DNA of 64,000 nucleotides, taken from NCBI GenBank assembly GCA_963766715.1, contig CAVYBH010000012.1:1-64000 (forward strand), given 5' to 3'. The notes under the pieces were generated by a model. The model was not told the origin of the DNA, searched no databases, and worked only from the letters and a program-made list of their open reading frames with translations. The position numbers and the translations under genes are program-made. Shown one piece after another: positions 9,688 through 20,786 of this stretch (within the stretch, counting starts at the first letter, position 1; each line of letters begins with the position of its first letter). Source of the DNA: an uncultured delta proteobacterium (lineage in GTDB: Bacteria; Myxococcota; Myxococcia; Myxococcales; Anaeromyxobacteraceae).

Positions 9688-10438
9688 AGTCCATCTCCCG
9701 CGAGTCGAGCGCCCCCCGGGCCACCGCGGCGAGGTCCTCCCGCAACTGCTCCCTCGTGGCGGGGGAGCAGAGCACGACGTCGACGCTCGGGCTGGAGAGG
9801 CAGAACCGGTAGCACTCCGCGGCGGTGGCCGGGCGCTCCGGCCATCTGCGCGGGGGCCGGAGCAGCCTGCGCCAGGCCGTGGCGGTGTACGCGATCACCG
9901 CGGGACGGCGGCGCGCCAGGTGCGGGAAGACGTCGACCTCCGCGCCGGGGTGGGCCGCGTTGTACCGGATCATCAGCAGGTCGAGCGCCGAGTCCTCGGC
10001 CAGGCGGCCGGCCCTCGGCCGATCGTGGATCGACACGCCGATGGCGCGGACCTTCCCTTCCTCCCGGAGCCGCGTGAGCTCCTCCAGGTTCGCGTCGGTG
10101 AGCGCCGACGAGACGCCGACCCAGTAGAGCTGGAACACGTCGAGGTAGTCGGTGCCGAGCGTCCGCAGCGCCGCCTCCACGCGGCGCCGCAGCGAGCCCG
10201 CGAACCACCCGAAGGTCGGGCCGGTCGCCACGACGTAGCGCTCCCGGTCGCGGGCGATCGCGTCGCGCAGCGGCGCCACGAGCTTGCGGGCCGTCGGGTT
10301 CCAGAAGACGTAGTTCACCTCGCCGTCGAGCGCCTCGCGGATCCCGGCGTCGTCGAGTCCGTGGGAGACGGCCAGCCCGAGGCGGAAGACCCGCTTGCGG
10401 AGCGCCGGCACGTCGCGGTGCTGGAAGTCGTCGGCCAT
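9653..10438 (-). CDS. Aldo/keto reductase
   Basis: LRTLGTDYLDVFQL, EGKVRAIGVSIH, RYNAAH. Confidence 0.88.
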   Translation of the reverse strand: MADDFQHRDVPALRKRVFRLGLAVSHGLDDAGIREALDGEVNYVFWNPTARKLVAPLRDAIARDRERYVVATGPTFGWFAGSLRRRVEAALRTLGTDYLDVFQLYWVGVSSALTDANLEELTRLREEGKVRAIGVSIHDRPRAGRLAEDSALDLLMIRYNAAHPGAEVDVFPHLARRRPAVIAYTATAWRRLLRPPRRWPERPATAAECYRFCLSSPSVDVVLCSPATREQLREDLAAVARGALDSREMDFMRRLGRAVHG

Positions 10439-10472
10439 GAGGCTCCCCGGACGGTGGTGTATAGGAAGAGAG

Positions 10473-12059
10473 GTGAAGGCCGCCATTCTCGCCCTGTCGC
10501 TGTCGGCCGCAACCTTGGCGACGCCCGAGGGCGGTCCGCCGGCGCGCCCCTCCGCGCCGGGCCCCGAGAGCGTGAGCCCGGCCGCGCTGTCGGCCATCAC
10601 CCGCTTCCTGTCGTCGGACCTGCTCGGGGGGCGAGGGACCGCCACGCGAGGCCACGAGATCGCGGCGCTCTACGTGGCCACCCAGATGCAGGCCGTCGGC
10701 CTCGAGCCCGCGGCCGGCGACGGCCTCTGGGAGCAGGCGGTGCCGATACGCGCCTGGCGGGTGGATCCCGCCGGGGAGAGCCTCGTCTTCCACGGGCCCG
10801 CCCAGCCGCCCTTGCGGCTCGCCCGCGGGGTGGACTTCGTGACCCTCTCCGACGGGGAGCACAGCGAGGTGGAGCTGGACGGCGCGCTGGCCTTCGTCGG
10901 CTACGGCATCTCCGCACCCGAGTACGCCTACGACGACCTGAAGGGCGTGGATCTCACCGGGAAGATCGCCGTCGCCCTCTGGGGAGCGCCCTCGTCCGAC
11001 CGCGCCAACTTCTTCCCTCCCGCTCCTCGCGCGCGTGTACGCCGACACCGTCGGAAAGCTGGCGCGCCTCCGCGCCCGCGGCGCGGCGGGGGTGATCCTC
11101 GTCTACACGCCGGATGCCGAGGAGTCGCGAACCTGGGAGGATCTCGTCGGCGAGGCCCGGCTCGAGGGCATGGCGTGGGTGGAGGGGGCGCGGCCGGGGG
11201 ACACGGTCTCCGGGCTGCCGGCCCGGGTCGTGCTCTCGCCCAGGGGACTCGAGAAGGTGGCGGTGGCGGCCGGCGTGACCGGCGGCGCCCGGGCCATCTT
11301 CGAGAAGGCGGCGGCCAACCGCCTGGCGGCCCAGGACTGGCCGCTCAAGGCCCGCATCGGATCGCGCGCGGAGCTCCGCCAGGCGCGTTCGGTGAACGTC
11401 CTCGGGATCCTGCGGGGGTCGGACCCGGTGCTCTCCCGGGAGACGGTGGTGGTGACCGCGCACCTCGACGACGGCGTCCGGGACGACGCGGTGGGCGTGG
11501 CGGTGCTCCTCGAGGTGGCGCGGGCGCTCGCCGCGCTGCCCCGGCGCCCGGCCCGGTCGGTGCTCTTCGCGGCGACCACCGGCGAGGAGCAGGGCCTCGT
11601 CGGGTCCTCCTTCCTGGCGCGTCATCCGGTGGTGGACCCGGACGGCATCGTCGCCTGCCTGGACGTCGACGGGGCGCCGGCAGCGGTCCCGTTCACGGAC
11701 GCCGTCGCGCGGGGCGCCGCACCACTCCACCCTCGGTGAATCGGTGCGCGCCGCCGCGGATTCGCTGGGCGTGAACCTCTCGCCGGATCCCGTCCCCCCG
11801 CGCCGGGGCCTTCGTCCGCTCGGACGCGTGGAGCTTCGTCCGGCTCGGGGTGCCGTCCGTCCACGTCGCGCCGGCGTCGAGCGGAGCGGACCGGCCCCGG
11901 GACGGATGGGAGGCGGGATGGCGATGGGAGGACACCGCCCGGTTCGCGCGGCTGCAGCTGCTCCTGACGATGACCGTGGCGGACGGGGCGAAGCGCCCGG
12001 CCTGGATCCCGGGCGACTTCTTCGAGCGGTTCGCGCCGAAGGCGCCGGCGGGGCGGTAG
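10473..12059 (+). CDS. M28 family peptidase with PA domain (frameshifts near 11020, 11720, 11805)
   Basis: FLSSDLLGGRGT, FVGYGISAPE..YDD, TAHLD, TTGEEQGL, RSD.WSF..GVP. Confidence 0.8.
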
Positions 12060-12069
12060 CGCTCCCGCG

Positions 12070-12502
12070 TCAGCTTCGCCGGAGCGACGGGTGGGTGCCC
12101 GGCGGGCTGGCTCTCCGCTGGAGGTGACGAGCCAGCGGTCGATCGTTCACCTCCATGTGGAAGCGGAGCCACTGCTGCAGCCGGCCGGAGGCCCACTCCG
12201 TGACGCGCGGGCGTGACGCCGGACTGGCCGACCTCGACGGCGGAGGCGTGGAGGTCCTGGAGGAACAGGTCGTGGGCGGCCCGGTGGGCGGCGCGGTCGG
12301 GGTAGGCGGTCTGCTCCATGGCCTCCTCCTCGAAGGCGAAGTGGCGCGCGCTGGCCTCGACGAGCCCCTCGAGGATGGCGGCCGCCTCGCGATCGCGCCG
12401 CGCCTGCGTGGCGGCGGCCAGGTCGGCCGCGCGCTGGAGCAGGTCGGCGTGCGGGGCGTCGAGCGCGGGAACGCCGAGGACGGGTCCTTCGATCTGGCTC
12501 AT
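12070..12502 (-). CDS. Single-domain bacteriohemerythrin (frameshift near 12210)
   Basis: LGVPALDAPH, HFAFEE, HRAAH and, after the shift, WLRFHMEVND; ATGA overlap with the upstream oxidoreductase. Confidence 0.82.
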
Positions 12503-14122
12503 GGGGTACCTCCGGTGACGGCGCGCGCGGCGCGCAGCTCCTTCACGATGGCGGAGAAGGTGTTCTCCTTGAGGATGGCGGAGGCGCAGAGCGCCGCCCC
12601 GGCCAGCGCCCCGCTCACGCCGCTCATGGCGGCGTCGGCGCCGGTCAGGAACAGCCCGGGGAGCGGCGTGCGGATCGGGGATCTCGGAGGCGAAGCGGCG
12701 GGGCGTGGCCGCGAGCCCGTAGATCTCCCCGCGGGGGTGCCCCGCGAAGTGACGGGTGGACAGCGGGGTGGAGAGCTCGGCCACCTCGATCCGACCCCTG
12801 ACCTGGGGGAGATGTGACTCGACCACGGCCAGGAGGCGCTCCCGCAGCCGCTCCTTGAGGTCGTGATACCCCGGTTCGCGGTGTTGCCAGCGCGAGCCCT
12901 CGAACGCGGCGAAGGGCGCCCACGGCCCGACGGTGACCGCCTCGAGCGTGGCCTTCCCGGGGAAGCGGTCGAGGAAGGTCGGGTCCTTCGCCGAGGCGAA
13001 GGAGAGGTACACGAAGGGGAACGGCGCGTCCGGGTCCTGCTCGAAACGCTCGAAGCTCCGGTCCAGGTCGGGGCCGTCGTAGATCCAGAGGTTCGTCCCG
13101 GCGAGCCCGAGCTCGGCTGCGGTCCCACGAAGGCCGACGTAGAGGGACAGGTGGGCGTGCGAGGCCGGGATGCCGTCCATCGAGGGGAAGCGCGGGCGCC
13201 ATTCGGGAGGGACGAGCCGGTTCACGGTGGTGGCCCAGCCGGCGTCGCTGACCACGACGGGGGCGCGCACGACGCTTCCGCCGGCGAGCCGGACGCCGGT
13301 CGCGACCCCGTCCTCCACCAGCACGCGCTCCACGTCGGCCAGCACCGCGACGTGCCCGCCGGCCGACTCGATGACCGGCAGGATGGTCTCGGCGATGCGG
13401 CTCGATCCTCCGACGGGATACGACGCGCCGTCGATGTAGTGCTCGGCGACGACGGCGTGGTTCCCGAAGCTTCCCAGGGAGGGCGGCAGCCCGTAGTCCC
13501 CGTACTGCCCTGCCAGGACCGCGCGGAGCACCGGATCCCGGACGTGGCTGGCGATGACCTCCCCGGTGGTCTTCCGGGCGTGTCGCAGGAACCCTCGGCG
13601 CATGAGGCCGCCGAGCAGGGCCGCCACCCGAGGCGGCAGCGCCCGGCTCGCAAAGTAGGGCCCGGCCGCCCGTGCACAGGCCTTCACCTGCGAGAGGTAT
13701 CGCCGGATGCCGTCGCGCTCGCCCGGGAAGGCCGACGCCAGCCCCTCGACGAATCGCTCCTCCCCGGCGACGAGGTCGAAGGAGCGGCCGCCCACGACGA
13801 TGCGGTCGTACACGTCCGGGAGCGGCGCCCAGCGGAGCTCCCCCTTCGTGACGTAGTCGAAGAGCCGTCGCACCCCGCCCCGGCCGCTCCCGACCTTCCC
13901 GACGTAGTGGACGCCCACGTCCCACTCGAAGCCGTCGCGCTCGAAGGTGTGGGTGAATCCACCCGCAGTGTAGTGCCGCTCGAGCACCAGCACCCGGAGC
14001 CCGCGGCGTCGGGCCAGCATCGCGGCCAGCCCGAGGCCGCCGATGCCGGATCCCACCACCACCACGTCGAAGGGACCTTCGACCGGTTCCTGCTTCCACG
14101 AGGTGCCGATGCGCTTCGCCAA
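12499..14122 (-). CDS. FAD-dependent oxidoreductase, phytoene desaturase/retinol saturase-like (frameshift near 12680)
   Basis: GSGIGG, LERHYTAGGFTHTF, WDVGVHY, ELSTPLST, GLFLTGAD. Confidence 0.88.
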
Positions 14123-14320
14123 GGGCGGGGGCCTCCGATCCGCAGCCTATTCGCAGTCGGAGGCGCTGGGTGCGCAATCCTCCTGGCTCGAAGGGGGAGC
14201 CCCTGCCGGGACCGAAACCGGGTGTCGACCGTCCGATCGGCCCCGCCGCCCTGTCCATCGTTCGTGGGAAGAGATCGCTACGAGGTCGGGGCGGAGTACC
14301 GGGTCGCCGAGTCGGGTGAG

Positions 14321-15789
14321 GTGGGGCCGCGCGATCGGGAGGACTACCTGGCGGCCCTCGTCCGCCTGGCCGCCATCGACGGCGTCACCGAGCCGGAGGA
14401 GCTGGTCATCGCCGAGGCCGCGGCCGGCCTTGGGCTCGACCGGGCGGCGGTGGAGGACGCGCGGAGGCGTGCGGCCGACAGGACCGTGCAGACGGAATCG
14501 CTCGTGTCCGGGGTCCGGGATCCCGGCCTCCGGGTGTGCCTCCTGCGCGACGCCTACCGGCTCGCGGCGGCCGACGGACAGGTGACCCTCGCCGAGATGG
14601 GCGAGCTGGCGCGACTCGCGTCGGTCCTGGGCGTGGCGCCGGTCGAGGTGGCCGGGAGGCCTCACGCCGAGCCGCCGCCTCGCCCGTCTCCCGCCTTCCG
14701 GGAGGCGCCCTCGAGCGGCGACGGCTGCTGCACTTCGGGTCCGATCGGATCTCGGCTGCCATCGGCCAGGCCGCCGACATCGACGCGCTGGCTGCGCAGG
14801 CGCGCCAGGTGGCCGAGCTGGGGCGCGAGATGGTGGACGCCGGCGTCTCCTCGGCGCAGGTGACGCGAACCGTCTCGGCGCTCGACGACGTCCTGGCCCG
14901 GCGGGCCATCCGCCTCGTGCTGGACGAGGAGGACCTCGATGGGGTCGACTTCTGCTGGCTGGCCTTCGGGAGCGAGGGGCGCCGGGAGCAGACGCTCTGC
15001 ACCGATCAGGACAACGGCGTGGTCTTCGACCCCGGTCCGGCCGGCTCCGTGGAGGAGATCCGCTCCCGGCTCCTCTCGATGGCGCGACGGGTGAACCAGG
15101 CGCTGGCCACCTGCGGCTTCGCGCTGTGCAAGGGCGGCATCATGGCGGGGAACCCGTCGTGGTGCCTGAGCCTGGGCGAGTGGCGAGACCGGTTCTCGAG
15201 CTGGATCGACGAGCCCACTCCGGAGGCCCTGCTCCACGCCACCATCTTCTTCGACTTCCGGCCGCTCCACGGGAACGAGGCGCTCGCCGCGGTGCTGCAG
15301 GATCAGCTGCGCGCCCAGGCGCCGGCGAACCGGCGGTTCCTCGCGCTCATGGCGCGCAACGCGATGGGGCGCCGGCCGCCGCTCGGCCTCTTCCGCGACT
15401 TCGCCGTGGAGACCCATGGCGAGCACGCGGGTACGCTGGATCTGAAGTGCGGCGCCGCCGCGGTCTTCGTGGACGCGGCGCGGATCTACGCGCTGGCGGC
15501 CGGGGAGGGGAGCCCGGCCACCGACGAGCGCCTGCGCCGTGGCGCCACCGCTGCCGGCGTGGACCGGCGCGAGGTGGAAGGGTGGGTCGACGCCTTCCAC
15601 TTCATCCAGGTCCTCCGGCTCCGCACCCAGCTGGAGCACGACCGGTCGGGCCTGGCGCCGAGCAACCGGCTCGACCCGTACGCGCTGAATCCCCTGGAGC
15701 GCCGGTTCTTCCGCGAGTCGCTTCGGCAGGCGGTGGTGATCCAGAAGCGGATGGAAGCGGCCTTCGGCAGCGAGGCGCCGCGGATCTGA
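14321..15789 (+). CDS. TerB-like domain fused to DUF294 nucleotidyltransferase plus DUF294_C (frameshift near 14700; start approximate)
   Basis: N-part [24 protein letters not shown] (TerB-like); C-part [33 protein letters not shown]. Confidence 0.72.
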
Positions 15790-15795
15790 CCGGAG

Positions 15796-16224
15796 TCAGC
15801 GGCGACGCGGGTGCGGAGGAAGGGCCTGTCCCGGGTCGGGAGCGTGCCCGAGCGCGAACTTGCCGAAGCCGAAGTCGCTCGCGATGGCGTGGAAGCGGAG
15901 CAGCTCGGGGATCCCCTGGAGGGCCCACCGGGCCAGCTCGGGCGTCAGGTCGCCGACCGCCAGGCGGCGCTCGAAGCGCTGGACCTGGAGGTGAAGGAGG
16001 GCGTGCGATTCCGCGTGGCGGGCGACGAGCGACCAGCCGCGCGCGCGCATGAGCGCCTCCTCCTCGGCGAAGTGCTCGCCGAGCATCTCGGAGAGGAGGC
16101 ACGTCCAGCCGCGGGCGTCGACGAGGTCCCGGGTCCGCACCGCCTGCGCGAGCTCGCGAAGGCAGCGATCCAGCTCGCGGTGCGGCTGGTCGAGCGGCGG
16201 GAACCCCGTCGGCACGAACGGCAT
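15796..16224 (-). CDS. Single-domain bacteriohemerythrin
   Basis: [28 protein letters not shown]. Confidence 0.85.
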   Translation of the reverse strand: MPFVPTGFPPLDQPHRELDRCLRELAQAVRTRDLVDARGWTCLLSEMLGEHFAEEEALMRARGWSLVARHAESHALLHLQVQRFERRLAVGDLTPELARWALQGIPELLRFHAIASDFGFGKFALGHAPDPGQALPPHPRRR

Positions 16225-16341
16225 GGAGGAGGTCGGTTAGGCCCGGAGCCGAGCCCGGATCAAGCGCGCGCGCGATGCGCCTTGGCGGGGCACCTCCAAC
16301 GAGGTGACTCGATGGCGGGAGTCCGCGGCGCCGCGTCCCGG

Positions 16342-16741
16342 TCAGCGGTCCGGGACGTGATCGCAGGGCCACCGAGTTCATGCAGTAGCGCAGGCCGGAG
16401 GGCGGGGGCCCGTCGGGGAAGACGTGGCCGAGGTGGCCGTCGCAGCGGGCGCAGCGGACCTCGGTCCGGGTCATGCCGTGGGAGCGATCGACCACCGTCG
16501 AGATCGCGTCCGGCCCCACCGGCTCGGTGAACGAAGGCCAGCCGGTGCCGGACTCGAACTTCTGCCCCGACCGGAAGAGCGGGTTGCCGCACCCGGCGCA
16601 GACGTAGGTCCCGGCCTCGTGGGTGCCCACGAAGCAGCCGGTGAAGGGGCGCTCGGTGCCGTGGCGCCGGAGCACGTCGTAGGCCTCCGGCGAGAGTCGG
16701 GCACGCCACTCCGCGTCGCTGAGCACGAGCTTTTCGGGCAT
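16342..16741 (-). CDS. msrB: Peptide-methionine (R)-S-oxide reductase (frameshift in the last codons)
   Basis: [39 protein letters not shown]. Confidence 0.92.
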
Positions 16742-16791
16742 GTCCCACGTTCTATCCGGCGAGCGTCCCGGCCGCCCGTTAGGCCCCAGGC

Positions 16792-17317
16792 ATGTCCTTC
16801 CTGGATTGGCTGGGGCTCAGCGCCCCCCGCGAACGGGAGCCGGAGGCGGAGGTCGTGCACCGGATCTCGCAGCAGCTCGACTCCCTCGATCCCGCCGAGG
16901 CGCGCCACCTCGCGCTCTTCGCCTTCCTGCTGGCGCGGGTCGCCCAGGTCGACCTGATCACCGAGCCCGACGGAGATCGAGGAGATGGAGAAGCTCGTGG
17001 CGCTCCACGGCGGGCTCACGGCGTCCCAGGCGGCCATGGTGATCGAGGTGGCGCGCGCCACCCAGAAGCTCCTCGGGCCCACCCACAACTTCGTCGCCAC
17101 CCGCGAGTTCCGGGACTCGGCCACGACCGAGCAGAAGCTCGGCCTCCTTCACTGCCTCTTCGAGGTGGCGGCCGCCGACGGCACCATCACCGGCGACGAG
17201 GAGGAGGAGATCCGGACCATCTCCCGCGGCCTGCTCCTCGACGACCGGGACTACCTGGCCGTTCGAGCCGCGTTCCGGGACAAGCGGTCGGTGCTGCAGG
17301 GGCGGCCGGCGACCTGA
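16792..17317 (+). CDS. TerB family protein (frameshift near 16970)
   Basis: LLARVAQVD..; [26 protein letters not shown]. Confidence 0.82.
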
Positions 17318-17344
17318 CGGAGCGGACCTGCGTCGCGTCCGCCC

Positions 17345-17838
17345 TCAGCTCCTGGGGAGGTCGGGTGGCGGGGGCATGCCTTCGCCACGCCGCCGACGTT
17401 CCTCCACCAGGTAGGCCTCGTCGACCACTCGCTCCAGGAGGACCACCATGTCCCGCACGGCGCCGGCGTCCACCGATCCGGCCTCGCTCCGGCGCTCCGT
17501 GGAGGTCACCCCCACGACGTGCCAGCCCTCGCCGCCGAGCTCGTTCAGGTACGCCTCCAGCCTGTCCGGGATCGAAGGCCCCCGCGAACCACGGGATCGG
17601 ACTGCGTGACGACCTTGTAGACGCGGCTGCCGGTCCGGGGCAGGGCGCGGACGGGCCGGGAGGAGTCGAGCGCCCGGATGAAGTGGCCGGATGCGCCGTA
17701 GGCTCCGGCGGCGACCCATTTCACGTCCTCGCCATCCAGGAAGATCGGGCAGGGAATCCCGAGCCGGCCCCTCTCGTCGGTGGGGTCGTGCTGCACCACG
17801 AGGTGCCACTCGCCCTTCCAGAAGGTCTTGTTCGCCAT
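17345..17838 (-). CDS. Protein with C-terminal DUF4177-like domain (frameshift near 17575)
   Basis: YKVVTQSD.., then RLEAYLNELGGEGWHVV..VVLLER. Confidence 0.65.
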
Positions 17839-17845
17839 GTCGGGG

Positions 17846-18517
17846 TCACCTCGCCGGGATGGGTTCCTGGAAGGTCACCTCGGCCGCTCGAGAGGTCGTA
17901 GAGGGCGGGCACGACGATCAGCGCGCCCGAGGCGACCTTCTCCCGCAGCGCCGGCGAACGATCGACCACGGCCTGCGCCTGGCGGCGGGCGTTCTCCCGG
18001 AAAGCCGGGTCAGGTAGGCCGCGTCCGACTCCTTCTCCCCGGGCGGCGTCGTCTCCAGGAGCCCCGCCATCGCGGACTGGAAGACCCAGAAGTTGCCGCC
18101 GAGGGGCTTCCCCTTGGCCTCCTTCACGGCCTTCACGGCCCCGCAGCTGGTGTGCCCCAGGACCACGATGACCCTGGCGCCGAGCGCGAGGACCCCGTAC
18201 TCGGTGCTGGCCAGCGCGTACGGGTCCGCCGTGTTTCCGGCCTCGCGGACCACGAAGAGGCGCCCGGGCTCCTGGTCGAAGACGAAGGACTCGGGCACCC
18301 GGCTGTCCGAGCAGCCGAGGATGACCGCGAACGGAGCCTGGCCGCCCGCGAGCTGCGTCCGGAGCGCGGCGTCGTCGGAGGGGTTGGAGGTGCGGACCCG
18401 TTTCCCCGCCACGAAGTGCGCGTTGCCCTCCTTCAGCTCGTTCAGGGCGGCCTGGGGGGGAGAGGGGATCTCGGCGGAGAGGGCGAGGGACGCGACGCAG
18501 GCGAGGACGAGGATCAT
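17846..18517 (-). CDS. Secreted beta-carbonic anhydrase (frameshifts near 18000 and 17880)
   Basis: Signal peptide; LKEGNAHF, GCSDSR, LGHTSCGAV, ALYDLSSG. Confidence 0.9.
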
Positions 18518-18582
18518 GGGACCTCCGAAGCAGTGGCGGGTCCCATAACGGCGCGCGGCGACGGTGTCTGCGCGTCAGGTGG

Positions 18583-19179
18583 TCATCGCACCGGGCGCCT
18601 CGCGAGCGCCGCCATCTCCCGGACGGCTGCCGCGAGCTCCGACGCGATGGGCCCGAGCTTCCGCTCCTCGAAGACCTTCACCAGCGACTGGAAGTACCAG
18701 ACGGTGTCGAGCTTCCCGTTGAATCGATCGAGGGTGGCGGGGCCGTCGGCGCGCAGGTCGGCGACGATGGCCCGCGCGTTGTCGAGCTTGTCCGCCGCCG
18801 ACACGAGCAGCGAGCGGGGGCCCTTCGACGGCAGCGCCGCGAGGTAGGCCTCCTTGCGCGGCCGCCACGCCGGCTTCTCCTTCTCGAAGGTGTCGGTGCA
18901 GTCCTCGACCATGGTCGCGACGTCGCGTCCGAAGCGTCGACGGATCTTCTCGAGCCGGGGTCGTCCACCGTGATCCTCGGCCGCGTCGTGGAGCAGCGCC
19001 GCGATGGCCTGCGGCTCGTCGCCCCCGAAGGCCAGCACCGTCCCGGCGACGCCGAGGAGGTGCGAGGCGTACGGGACCGGCTTTCCCTTCCGGGCCTGCT
19101 TGCGGTGGAGCCGCAGCGCGTAGCGGAGCGCGTCGTCGAACCGCTTTCCCAGCCGGTACTTCCGTTCGAGCCTGGCCAT
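18583..19179 (-). CDS. HD-domain protein, small alarmone hydrolase (Mesh1/SAH-like)
   Basis: H.KQARKG..VPYASH, AALLHDAAED, ADKLDNAR; no synthetase domain. Confidence 0.85.
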   Translation of the reverse strand: MARLERKYRLGKRFDDALRYALRLHRKQARKGKPVPYASHLLGVAGTVLAFGGDEPQAIAALLHDAAEDHGGRPRLEKIRRRFGRDVATMVEDCTDTFEKEKPAWRPRKEAYLAALPSKGPRSLLVSAADKLDNARAIVADLRADGPATLDRFNGKLDTVWYFQSLVKVFEERKLGPIASELAAAVREMAALARRPVR

Positions 19180-19322
19180 GGAGCCAGTCTACTCCGGGCG
19201 ACGGTCGCCCTCGCCCGGGTCACCCGGCGAAGTCACCCCAACAAGCCTGGCCCCGGGGGTTGCCGGCTCGCAGGGGCGGGGCGGACGCTTGGCTCGGAGG
19301 GCAGTCCACGGGGAGGGGTGCC

Positions 19323-19714
19323 ATGATCGAGACCATGCGGTCGATCCTGAAGGGGATGTTCCCGAGCGTCGTGCCCGCCGGGTGGTGGCGGGACCCTTCG
19401 GTACGGCGAGTTGCTGGCGGGGACCTCACGCCTCGCCTGCTCCGCGCACGTCCGCTGCACCGCGGGGAGCGCCGCCGTGTTCACGTCCAGGCAGGGGTTC
19501 TCGGCCGCCCAGCGAGCGCGGGTGGCCTCGTCGGGCGCCTGGCTCGAGGAGAACGCGGCGAGGAGGAAGAGCGACGCGCGGTCCACGAGGAGCGCGGCCG
19601 TCGGTGAGGCTGCAGTGCAGGGGATGCGCCATGATCGTGCACGTCCGGGAGTCGGGGGAGCGGGTGGCGGTAAGGGTCCTGACCCAGGGCGTCGGGCGAG
19701 CGCCCGTCGGGTGA
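19323..19714 (+). CDS. Hypothetical protein (probably two frameshifts; strand uncertain)
   Basis: GGAGG-type RBS before ATG 19323; GC3-rich frame continues only across shifts. Confidence 0.3.
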
Positions 19715-19882
19715 GCGATTCACCTCGTGCGTCGCGGACCCGGGTGACCGGGTAAGCGCCCTCGCGGGAGGGATCCCTAGGAGGTGACCCCGTTCGGTTT
19801 CCGCCATCGTGGGGTTGAACGCCACGCACGCGTGGTGAAACCCTTCGCGGCGAATCCGGCCCGACGTCACGAGGAGGTAGCC

Positions 19883-20456
19883 ATGCCCAGGTTCTCGAAG
19901 CTCGCCGCGCTCGCCCCCTTCTTCCTCGCCCTCGCGTGCGGGGATGCCAACAAGGCGCCCGCCCAGGCCGCGGTGCAGGCTGCCGAGGCTGCACTGGCCA
20001 CCCTCGGGCCGGACGCCGCGAAGTACGCGCCCGAGGGTGTCGCCGCCGCCCAGAAGGGCCTGGCCGCCGCGAAGGAGCTGATGGGAACGAAGGAGTACGA
20101 GGGTGCGCTCAAGGCCGCGTCCGGCCGTTCCCGCCAAGGTGAAGGAGGCGAGCGCCGCAGCGGCCGCGAAGAAGGAAGAGCTCGTGAAGGCCTGGAGCGG
20201 CGCATCCGCGGAGGTGTCGGCCACGCTCTCGGCGATCCAGGAGCGCGTGGTCGCCCTCCATCGCGGGAAGAAGCTTCCGCCGGGCATCACGAAGGAGACG
20301 CTGGCGAAGGCGGACGAGGGGCTCGCATCCATCCAGTCGGGCCTTGCGAAGCTCTCCGAGGACTTCAAGGGCGGGAAGATCGCCGAGGCCATCGCCGGGG
20401 CGAAGGACCTCCAGGCGAAGGGAGCCGAGATCACGAAGTCGCTCGAGGTGAAGTAG
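19883..20456 (+). CDS. Ala/Lys-rich helical lipoprotein (frameshift near 20125)
   Basis: GAGGAGG RBS; lipobox LALAC; ORFs 19784.. and 20103..20456 join. Confidence 0.8.
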
Positions 20457-20463
20457 GCCGGAC

Positions 20464-20530
20464 GAAGAAGGCTCCAGGTCTTCCGGGCCCGGAGCCTTCC
20501 GTGCGGGTGCACGGATGGCCGCCGCGCCGT
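20464..20530. repeat. Degenerate direct-repeat copy of the tRNA-Arg 3' end and terminator (att-like)
   Basis: GAAGAAGGCTCCAGGTCTTCCGGGCCCGGAGCCTTCCGTGCGGGTGCACGGATGGCCGCCGCG aligns with 22885-22950. Confidence 0.75.
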
Positions 20531-20618
20531 CGTGTCGCCGGGGGGGGTGCGCCGCGACCGGACCCGACGAGGTTGTCGTCCTTCGCGTCGTCGTGTGTCA
20601 GCGTGCGACCCGGGGGAT

Positions 20619-20786
20619 TTGGCTGGAGCCGACATCGTGCAATGCCATCGCTGTTCCATGCCGAATCCGTACTGGAAGTCCCGGTGCGCCCGGTGCGGCA
20701 AGTCCCTTCACTCCTGGCGAGAAACCGCCGTTCTTGCGATCGCCCTGCTCGGGATTCCGCTGGTCCTGCTCCTGATCCTCACCTAG
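20619..20786 (+). CDS. Zinc-ribbon membrane microprotein (55 aa)
   Basis: TTG start after GGGGGA; CHRC-x10-CARC followed by one TM helix. Confidence 0.55.
   Translation: MAGADIVQCHRCSMPNPYWKSRCARCGKSLHSWRETAVLAIALLGIPLVLLLILT

Noticed and set aside
11693..14122. Apparent 809-aa desaturase-hemerythrin fusion
   Set aside because: Created by a frameshift near 12680; the true oxidoreductase C-terminus ends at 12499 with an ATGA overlap.
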